A stretch of DNA of 64,000 nucleotides, taken from positions 2,055-66,054 of the IMG/VR virus record IMGVR_UViG_3300033693_000005; one strand, written 5' to 3'. Under the pieces are notes generated by a model. That model had not been told where the DNA came from and made no database searches. It saw only the letters and a program-made list of their open reading frames with translations. Each line of letters starts with the position of its first letter. Within the stretch, counting starts at the first letter, position 1. Source of the stretch: a virus. Below, piece by piece: positions 17,759 through 26,100 of this stretch. Made by a program: the position numbers and the translations under genes.

Positions 17759-17890
17759 CTATCCTCTCCTAGGAGTATTAATTATCTCTTGTTTCTCTTC
17801 TTCTGTAATATACCCTTTAGTAACCGCCTTACCCAGTCTAGCTTCATCTACTTTTTTTAGTATCCACATGTTCTTAAAAAAATTATACAT
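17759..17890 (-). CDS. XkdX-family small protein (43 aa)
   Basis: read by hand: MYNFFKNMW...AVTKGYITEEEKQEII; not in the track. Confidence 0.75.
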   Translation of the reverse strand: MYNFFKNMWILKKVDEARLGKAVTKGYITEEEKQEIINTPRRG

Positions 17891-17893
17891 ATA

Positions 17894-18211
17894 TTACACC
17901 CCCAGTAAGTTTAATATTGTATCTTCCAATTCTGATATTCTTTCATCTTGAGAAGGATTACTTGGTGTTTGTTCCTCTAGCTGCCCTTGTTCAAATAAAA
18001 GATAAAAGTTATTATTTATATAATCTTCAATATTAGCTCTATTCACTAGTTTAACTTTAACCTCATCATATTTGTATTGAGTTACTAGATCACCTTGTTC
18101 ATTTTCTACTTGTTCTTCTGTTATATTGTCTCTTAAAAAGTATTCTCTAACCTTGCCTTGCTCTTGTCTTAATTCTACTTTTTGTGGGTTCTTATGACTT
18201 GTTACTTGCAT
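17894..18211 (-). CDS. tail-fibre assembly-like protein preceding XkdX
   Basis: C-terminal ERISELEDTILNLL coil and position upstream of XkdX. Confidence 0.55.
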   Translation of the reverse strand: MQVTSHKNPQKVELRQEQGKVREYFLRDNITEEQVENEQGDLVTQYKYDEVKVKLVNRANIEDYINNNFYLLFEQGQLEEQTPSNPSQDERISELEDTILNLLGV

Positions 18212-18234
18212 ATACCTGCTCTCCTTTCATATTC

Positions 18235-18915
18235 CTATTGAATAAATTTCTTATAATAATTAAATAAATTGTTTGTATTGCAATTTTCTAGTACTTTATC
18301 TATACTGCATTTTTCTATATTAATTTGTTTTTTATTTTTACCATGACCTTTGTAATAAGTACCTAATTTATATATTCTAGGTATGTTTGTTTTTCTTGCT
18401 AAACCTTTTTTAGACATAGCATAATATTCTTTATCTTTAAACTTACAATATAAAGGGGTTAGGTTATCTTTCCATGAATTAAATCCATAAGGTACAAATT
18501 GAATATTTTCAACAATATACCCTTTATTAGTATCTATTCTGTCTACAGAAATAGCATATTTTAATTCTTTATTATGCCTTATATAGCTTTTCCATAATTT
18601 TAAAAGTAATTCAGTATTCTCATTACATAAATCAGCATACTCTAGAGCATTAAGGAAGGGCATTTTATAATAATGCCCATATCTCATTTTTATTGTACAT
18701 CTAGTTAGAATACCCGAATGTTTTTGCATTAAATTCTTTGCTAAATCTCTTGGTAAATTTAAATATTTATACATATTTTTTCGTGAAGGGAGTCCCCTGT
18801 CTCTAAATTCTGCCCTGAAAATATGGTAAGGAACATTTACTTTTTTAGCCATACCTTTTAGAGTTATCTCATTACGATAATATTTGTCAATAAGTTCTTC
18901 ATTTAAATAATCCAA
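18235..18915 (-). CDS. HNH-like homing endonuclease with N-terminal HTH
   Basis: SVDRIDTNKGYIVENIQFV...N motif. Confidence 0.7.
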   Translation of the reverse strand: MDYLNEELIDKYYRNEITLKGMAKKVNVPYHIFRAEFRDRGLPSRKNMYKYLNLPRDLAKNLMQKHSGILTRCTIKMRYGHYYKMPFLNALEYADLCNENTELLLKLWKSYIRHNKELKYAISVDRIDTNKGYIVENIQFVPYGFNSWKDNLTPLYCKFKDKEYYAMSKKGLARKTNIPRIYKLGTYYKGHGKNKKQINIEKCSIDKVLENCNTNNLFNYYKKFIQ

Positions 18916-20181
18916 TTATGACCTCCCCATTAAACGAGAACCAATACCACGAGCAGAAGCAGCAGCGGAATCATACAAAGCCCAAGCAGCCAACCCAGCC
19001 CGAGAAACATCAGTCCAATACCCGCCAACACGAGCAACCCTATCTCCAGTATTTTGATAATAGTAATCACAGTAGTAACTACTAGAAGAACCATTTAATC
19101 CTGTAGGAAGTGTAGATAAACCCATTTCATTATTTAAAATTTGACCACTACCATAACCATTACTAGAAGGAAGTGTTCTACCCAACGAACTATAAGGCTC
19201 ACTAAATAAATTAGACTGAAAATCATTATTACTAATATACGGTTTATTATCTCTAATATTAATCCCATCTACAAATTCCCATATATTCCCCCAATAATTT
19301 TCTATCCCTCTATAACTAAATGGATAAGTAGTAGAAGCTCCTGTAGCCCCATTTTCTGGTGTGATACTAACTTCACCACTCTCATTACCTAAACTAGTAG
19401 TGTGTCCTGTATTTTGACTGTGATTACCAGAACCAGAATCTAAGTTAGTTATTCCTGTACTTAAAACATTTTGAGAATTAAAATCAGCATATTCTATATA
19501 AAATAATAAATTGATAGCTTCTCTAGCAGTATAGTACTGTAAACTCCAACCAGAACCTCTATTTTCAGCTAACTGTCTAGCTTCTTCTATATCTAAATGA
19601 CTACTGTTTCCAGATATAGGTTGAAACCCAGCAACAGAAGCCATAATATCATTAGCATAATCGTAAGTTACTCCATCACCTGCATAACTTCCAGCACTAG
19701 CATCATATAATGTAGCTTCAAAAGCTCCAATATATAAGTTTTCGTATTCACCCTCATCACTTTTAAAAGCTGGGTATAATTCAAAACCATCTCGTTGTAT
19801 ATCAGATACTAGGTATATAATCTCAGTGTCAGACAGTCTATAAGCTTTCCAATAAAACTGTGGTATTTCTACCATTACCTGCCCATTACTACCATCATAA
19901 GCAAAAGTAGGATCACCATAGTAAGCGTTTACAGTTAAATCATCTGCTAAGTTACATCTTCTCATATCTTGCCAGGGACTAATAGTATCAAAATCAGACT
20001 GAATTACATCATCTCCAACTCTTTCTACAACAAAATCACTGCCTGTGTCTGTTACTTTAATTCCTACAACTCCTGCTGGGAATGTAGCTACACCTTCTAA
20101 TATAGTAAAGTTTTCTCTTATCTGGTCTAAATCAGCCCCAACTGGATTTGTATCTTTAGGTACATTTGGATCATAAACCAT
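18916..20181 (-). CDS. tail fibre / receptor-binding protein with C-type-lectin (Mtd/FGE-like) fold
   Basis: YIGAFEA, GIENYWGNIWEFVDG, C-terminal RVGGYW...AG....GIGSRL. Confidence 0.75.
   Translation of the reverse strand: MVYDPNVPKDTNPVGADLDQIRENFTILEGVATFPAGVVGIKVTDTGSDFVVERVGDDVIQSDFDTISPWQDMRRCNLADDLTVNAYYGDPTFAYDGSNGQVMVEIPQFYWKAYRLSDTEIIYLVSDIQRDGFELYPAFKSDEGEYENLYIGAFEATLYDASAGSYAGDGVTYDYANDIMASVAGFQPISGNSSHLDIEEARQLAENRGSGWSLQYYTAREAINLLFYIEYADFNSQNVLSTGITNLDSGSGNHSQNTGHTTSLGNESGEVSITPENGATGASTTYPFSYRGIENYWGNIWEFVDGINIRDNKPYISNNDFQSNLFSEPYSSLGRTLPSSNGYGSGQILNNEMGLSTLPTGLNGSSSSYYCDYYYQNTGDRVARVGGYWTDVSRAGLAAWALYDSAAASARGIGSRLMGRS
18934..19032 (-). other. DGR-like variable region (VR)
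   Basis: only 6 A in 99 nt of coding strand; codons at expected variable positions end in T (NNT). Confidence 0.65.
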
Positions 20182-20519
20182 TATTTATCCTCTCCTTTAA
20201 AATATTTATTAAATTCCTTATCCAATTCCTGTTTTTCTTTATTTAATTTATCTTGTTTATTAATAATATCTTCCACATCTTCTTTTACTTTTTCATTCTC
20301 TTTATTCAATTGCTCAGCTTTATCTTCGTTATCTTTAATTTCTTCTTTAATTTCCTCAGATATCTTTTCTTCTTTTTTTGCAGATTCTTTATTCTTTTTC
20401 TGTAAGATTTCATAACCACCTAATCCTACACCTAGAATAGAAGCTGCTTTCCACCCAAAGATAAATAAAGCAATTAAAACAGCAGCTAAGCCAATTAAAT
20501 ACCAATGCCATCTTTTCAC
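20181..20519 (-). CDS. N-anchored membrane coiled-coil protein (i-spanin-like)
   Basis: N-terminal TM followed by a long K/E coil, in the lysis cluster. Confidence 0.5.
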   Translation of the reverse strand: MKRWHWYLIGLAAVLIALFIFGWKAASILGVGLGGYEILQKKNKESAKKEEKISEEIKEEIKDNEDKAEQLNKENEKVKEDVEDIINKQDKLNKEKQELDKEFNKYFKGEDK

Positions 20520-20523
20520 AATA

Positions 20524-20685
20524 TCACTTCCTTACTTTTTTAAAGAAATCTAATATGTCTCTCTCTGTTGATAAGAATGTTGCGAGTGAAACATAAATGA
20601 GAGGATCAATAGTATTCTGAATAAACCCTACTATACCAATACCTAAACAAACAAAAGCAATTAGATAGGTCATAATAAATTCCAT
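20524..20685 (-). CDS. holin-like protein
   Basis: two TM segments and a basic C-tail; likely start is MEFIMTY at 20685, directly after the amidase. Confidence 0.55.
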   Translation of the reverse strand: MEFIMTYLIAFVCLGIGIVGFIQNTIDPLIYVSLATFLSTERDILDFFKKVRK

Positions 20686-20698
20686 ATCTTTTTCCTTC

Positions 20699-21265
20699 TT
20701 ATCTAGATTTTTCATACTCATCAACACCTTCCTCAATAGCTTTTATTAACTGTTCTTGATACTTAGGATTATGTAATTTAGCTTCCTCTTGAGGATTAGT
20801 GATAAACCCTAACTCAATCAGTATAGCAGGGGCTAAGACGCTTTTTAAAACGTACAAGTCACCTCTAGGCTTTATACCTCTATCGCTTGCTTTACTCCTG
20901 TGTATGAGTCTATTCTGTACCTTAGAAGCTAACCTGATGCCTTCATCACTCTCTGGGAAGTGTAGTGTTTCTATTCCGTTAGCTTTGCTATTAGCAGAAG
21001 CGTTAGCATGTAAAGAGATTACTATATCAGCTCCATATCTATCTGCTAAATCACACCTATCAGACAAAGTTACATACTCATCATTAGGTCTAATTAATAA
21101 TACCTCATGTTTTTTCATAAGTTTAGCAGTTAACTTTAATCCAAACTCTCTAACTAATACACTCTCTAGAGTATAAAATTTATCTTCATAAATATCATCA
21201 TCGCCTTTTTTATCAACAGCCCCCTCTTTATTTTTACCATGTCCATTTAGAATTGCTATCTTCAT
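20699..21265 (-). CDS. endolysin, N-acetylmuramoyl-L-alanine amidase (Amidase_3), catalytic domain only
   Basis: NGHG, TLES, SLHANA, ILIELGFITN. Confidence 0.9.
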   Translation of the reverse strand: MKIAILNGHGKNKEGAVDKKGDDDIYEDKFYTLESVLVREFGLKLTAKLMKKHEVLLIRPNDEYVTLSDRCDLADRYGADIVISLHANASANSKANGIETLHFPESDEGIRLASKVQNRLIHRSKASDRGIKPRGDLYVLKSVLAPAILIELGFITNPQEEAKLHNPKYQEQLIKAIEEGVDEYEKSR

Positions 21266-21276
21266 TTTATCACTCC

Positions 21277-21603
21277 TTAAATTATACCTATATAACTAGC
21301 AGCTGTGACTAATCCTAACAGAAAATTACCCCCTAGAATTAAGGTTGCTAATACTATCTTCCAAGTCTTTATTTTACCCTCTGAATAAGAATCATCTACC
21401 TCAACTTTCTTCTCTACCTTACCTATCTTAGCTGCTAACTCTTTAATAGTTTCTGTGTTCTCATAAGTAGCTGATACTATACCATTATTTAAAACTTCTT
21501 TCATAAGCTGTACCTCGTCTTTTACATCTGATATTTGGCAACCTAACTTGTCTATCTGTTCTCCTAAAATCTCAACATATTTATCTGTGTCCACATAAAT
21601 CAC
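21277..21603 (-). CDS. holin-like / XhlA-like membrane protein
   Basis: coil plus C-terminal TM, upstream of the endolysin. Confidence 0.5.
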   Translation of the reverse strand: MIYVDTDKYVEILGEQIDKLGCQISDVKDEVQLMKEVLNNGIVSATYENTETIKELAAKIGKVEKKVEVDDSYSEGKIKTWKIVLATLILGGNFLLGLVTAASYIGII

Positions 21604-21743
21604 CCTTGTTCTATTATTTGCCTCTGTCTGTCTATAATGTCTTCCTCTTTTGCCAAGTGTATAAGCATTCTGCGTTCACCTTCAAGTCTTGCTGTTTCTT
21701 TTTCAATTCTGTTTAAATGTTTTTGCAATCTTTCTTTGTTCAA
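21600..21743 (-). CDS. small coiled-coil protein (47 aa)
   Basis: read by hand: TTG start, MNKERLQKHLNRIEKETARLEGE...; RBS present. Confidence 0.5.
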   Translation of the reverse strand: MNKERLQKHLNRIEKETARLEGERRMLIHLAKEEDIIDRQRQIIEQG

Positions 21744-21771
21744 AGTTATCACCTTCCCCAAAATATATTAT

Positions 21772-22194
21772 TTATTTTTTTATTATTTCTAAAATTATAT
21801 TGTTATCACCGCCGTACAGCTTAACTTTGAAACTATCCCATTCAGTTATTATTTCCATTTGCCCAAAAGCGACAGCACGGCCATATAAATTAAAATTATG
21901 TTTGTGTCTATCGTTGTACCAAACAATACAATCTTTAATAGGCTTCCCATATATCTTTTTTAGTTTTTTAACAATTTCCCTTTGGTCTATAACACTTTGA
22001 AAAGATTGGCTATGAACTATTTCAATTTGATTATAGTTATAATTCTTTGCAGATACCCACCCTTGTTCTGTCTTATTAAAATAATCTGGTATTTGGTTGG
22101 TAAAAGATAAAACTGTTGCCGAAAATGATAAAATTATAAATAAAACCAATACAATTGTGATAATATTTTTCATTCCACCCACCCTTTTAAACAA
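21772..22194 (-). CDS. exported protein downstream of the tail-tip genes
   Basis: N-terminal signal/TM (MKNIITIVLVLFIILSFSA). Confidence 0.55.
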   Translation of the reverse strand: MFKRVGGMKNIITIVLVLFIILSFSATVLSFTNQIPDYFNKTEQGWVSAKNYNYNQIEIVHSQSFQSVIDQREIVKKLKKIYGKPIKDCIVWYNDRHKHNFNLYGRAVAFGQMEIITEWDSFKVKLYGGDNNIILEIIKK

Positions 22195-22558
22195 ACACTA
22201 TATAATTTATAGTCCACGGAAGGTTAACCCCCCCATTAAATGTTCCGTTGAGTACATCAACTGTATCAGCTGAAATTACAAATGAAATATATTCACCGCT
22301 ATCGTTTTTGGATATATCCCCAACCGTTGGCTTGATTAAATATGTTTTATTGATATCTGGGTTACCCAAAAATGCTACAAGACTTATTTCGCTAATCCAT
22401 ATTTTGGGAATTTTTGTAGTGGGTTGAATACTTATGGTTTTTGGCCCTTCCCCCTGCTCTAAAGTTACTTGACCATAATCTAATATTTGCAATGTATCTA
22501 CTTCGGAGCTAAAAGCAATGTTGCCTTGAGAATTATAAACTTCTAATCCATAACTCAA
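22187..22558 (-). CDS. small tail-tip accessory protein (YGL paralog 3)
   Basis: MSYGLEVYNSQG N-terminus. Confidence 0.6.
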   Translation of the reverse strand: MSYGLEVYNSQGNIAFSSEVDTLQILDYGQVTLEQGEGPKTISIQPTTKIPKIWISEISLVAFLGNPDINKTYLIKPTVGDISKNDSGEYISFVISADTVDVLNGTFNGGVNLPWTINYIVFV

Positions 22559-22570
22559 TTTTAATCCTCC

Positions 22571-22855
22571 TTATAAAACATAAATATCAAATCTGCACGT
22601 ATTACCTGTTTTTCCAACACCGTAACTAAAACTATAGTACTGGTTGCTGTCATTTTTAAATACATTTAAAATTTGAACTCTGCCGTTTTCTGTATAAGCT
22701 GTAATAAATGGTGTTTTATTTGTTGGAGTAAAATCAATAGTAAATGCTCCTGTGGAAGAAATATCAACAGTTTTAATTTCATGAAAAAATGGGTGTTTAT
22801 TTTCCCCGTCAATTATTACATCATTATTTAAATTTCTTACTTCAAACCCAAACAT
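22571..22855 (-). CDS. small tail-tip accessory protein (YGL paralog 2)
   Basis: MFGFEVRNLNNDVIID N-terminus. Confidence 0.6.
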   Translation of the reverse strand: MFGFEVRNLNNDVIIDGENKHPFFHEIKTVDISSTGAFTIDFTPTNKTPFITAYTENGRVQILNVFKNDSNQYYSFSYGVGKTGNTCRFDIYVL

Positions 22856-22874
22856 TTTGCCCCTCCCTTTTTAA

Positions 22875-23171
22875 CTATTTTATTTTAAAAACGCTTATTA
22901 TTGTATCAGATACATTTTCCCCATTTGCAATTGTCGAAAATCCAACATATTGATTGCTTGAGTTTTTTATGTGATTAACAGAATAGCCATAATTGAAATC
23001 GCCAGAATTGATAGGAAGTTGCATTATTGGAGGTTTATAATTAATTGGTTCTGGATAATAATAATTGTCTTCTGAATTCGCAATAATTTGATAATATACC
23101 CTATTCATCAACTTTTCATTATCAACTATTAATTCTCCGTTTTCATTATAAATCTCTAATCCATAACTCAT
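22875..23171 (-). CDS. small tail-tip accessory protein (YGL paralog 1)
   Basis: MSYGLEIYNENGELIVD N-terminus. Confidence 0.6.
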   Translation of the reverse strand: MSYGLEIYNENGELIVDNEKLMNRVYYQIIANSEDNYYYPEPINYKPPIMQLPINSGDFNYGYSVNHIKNSSNQYVGFSTIANGENVSDTIISVFKIK

Positions 23172-26100
23172 GCTAAATCACCTATTTTTACTCTGGTTGT
23201 TCCATTTTCATCCTTTACTGTAATAGTATTTCCATCAAATGTGGTATTTCCATCAGAACTTTGAACCGTAACATTAGCTGTATTTAGTGTGCCTGTTTCA
23301 ATGTTATTTGCGTTAAGATTAATTACGCTTATTATGTTCGCGTCTAATGTTCCGGTGGATATATTACTAGCGTTTAAATTAATTACATCAACAACATCAG
23401 CATTAAGTGTTCCTGTGTCTATTCTGTCAGCATTAATTAATATAGTTTGTAAATATCCGCCTTCAACAATTGTTTTCCCTTGTCTAGCATATTCTTCTAT
23501 ACCCAACTTTTCTAAAGGAACTTTTGATAAATCATTTTCTAACCCTTGCATATAATCTATTAAATTTTCAGCTGCTGAGTAGTAGTTATCATAATCTGAT
23601 TGAATAGTTGTTTTATTAGCTAATTTAGTCTGGAGATTACTATATTCACTATCATATTTCTCCCATAAATCTTGTAATTTTAATTGATTCCATGCTAGGG
23701 TGGTATCTATTTGGCTATTCCAAGAAGAATTTAAGTCAAAAAACCCACTCCAAGTATAGGAAGGTTCAGCTAAATAATCACTACTTAATAACTTTTGATA
23801 CCTCTTATAAAGCTGGTTATATTGACTCTGGAAATCATCATTTAATACTCCAGAAAGATTAGTATTTGTACCTCCAACAGTTACTTTATCTGCCTCAAGA
23901 TCAATTATAGAAGCACTATCAATAACTGCATTTGCTATATTAGCTGTATCAGTAATTATTTCATTAGTCCCTACCTGTTCAGCTGTTATAGAGTTTGCAG
24001 CTAACTCATCAGTACTAATAGCTCCTGCTTGAATTGTACCTGCTAATACTCTAGGGAAAATAGCCATACCTTCTTCAAACTCTGGACTACTTAAACTAGA
24101 CCAAGTACCTAACTCATTCTTATAGAGTTCAACAGTGTCAACATTCCCATCAATATCTTTAGTTATCTTAGTTACATAAGTACCTTCTGGATAATCATTG
24201 TTAGGCAATGTAGGTAGACTACTTACAATCACGGCAGGTCTCATAGCACTTGCATACTGTGTAACGCTGTCTATATCCTTTGTAGAGGCGTTATAAGAGA
24301 TAGACCAACTACCTGAACCTATTACATCATAACTTCTTGCTCGTACTGTATATGAGCTTCTCACACTTGCTGAGTAGGTTAATCTTTCACCAATAGCTAT
24401 ATCAAATACTTCTGGACTTCCACCCTCTTCAGTTACTTCTATTTCAAACCCTTCAATATCTGAATCACTAGGAGGATTAACTTCTACCCATAGACTCTCA
24501 AAAAACTCTGTTATATCTAAAGTAGGAGGGTTAGGAGCTGAATTACTAACCGTTACTTCTTCTGGATTAGTAGAGTAAATACCACTTCTATTATAAGCTT
24601 TAATATAGAAAGTATAACTTCTAACCTCTCCTGCATATCCATCTAAAGGAAAATCAGTTAACTCTAATCTATTAGACTTGCCTTTATAGATTAAATTATT
24701 ATCATCAAAACCAAAATTAGCATCAGTTCTAACTTCATACCCTTCTAAGTCAATATCTATTACATTACTCCACTCTAATATTATACTCCTATTAAATTGT
24801 GACTTTTTAATATTTACATCAGAAGGGGGCGCTGTTTTACCTTCAATAGTTATTTGTTTAGTAGGAGCTGACTCAAAATCTTGACTCTCCCCGTATCTAT
24901 CCTCTGCTACAAATTTAAACTCATAATCACCCTCTGGAAGAACCTCAGTTTCTATATAATTTTCAGTTGTTCTTTGAGATAACCTAAAATCATACCCAGA
25001 ATAATAACCCCATTTTTTATTTAAATCTATTTGAGTCCAAGGTTGATTTAGATTAAAAATATCACCCCATTTACTATTAGGAATTAATCTTCTTATATAA
25101 ACACTTGTGTATCCATAGTTATTAGTACTTGGAAAACTCCATTCAGCTAAAACATAACTAATTGCAGAACCATCTTTATGTAAACTCTTAATTTCTGTTA
25201 ATTGAATAGAGTTACTATCAATAGGTTCTGTACCTGCATATGAAAATTCATACTCACTGGCAGTACTAAACTCTTCTTTAATACCATCATAACTCTCTGC
25301 CTGAACCTTAATTGTATAAGTACCTGATTTAATAGGTCTCTGTAGATTAAAACTCTCTTCAGAAACTCTAGCAACCTCATTAAAAGCTTCATTACCTCTT
25401 TTTAGATATATTGTATAAATTCTAGAGAATCTGTTACCATTAAAAGAAACATTGAGAGAAGGAAAGGATCTATCTTCATTCTCAAAAGTACCTACAGTCA
25501 CATTAAGATTAGTTACGCTAGGAGGTCTTCCTTGAGGAGCATTAGTATCTATTGGAACTCTCTCTACTATATTAGCTCCACCATCATCAGTGTATTGCCA
25601 CTGAGAGGTTCTAGCTTGTCTAAGAGTCAGTGTTTGATTCCATTCTCCATCTTCTGTAAAACTGTCAGATACCTCGTTAATTAAAAAATCATTATCTATA
25701 TCTGCTTCATCTCTATTTACATGAATCTTATCTAATAATTCATAGTGTGGTCTACCTTTAATTGGAACAGAAATTACACTCTTAGGAGTTGAATAATAAT
25801 CTACTAAAAAGTCAGCCGTTCTCTGTGCTCTAGAACCATCATAAATTAAATCATTATTAATAGATAATTCATTACTGTTTAGTGTGAATGACCTAGCAGC
25901 ATCATCATTATCTTGTACCTTTTCTATAGGGCTGTTCTGTTTAAAAGGTATGCCTGTAAGATATATATTATCTATTTCTTTACCCTCATATTCAGAGTAC
26001 ATTATTACTTCATCTTCACCATAGTTTCTGAATATAAGTTTAGTCCTATTCTCATTCATATAGTCTGGGTCTATTTCAACTCTACCAACTGTACCTTGTT

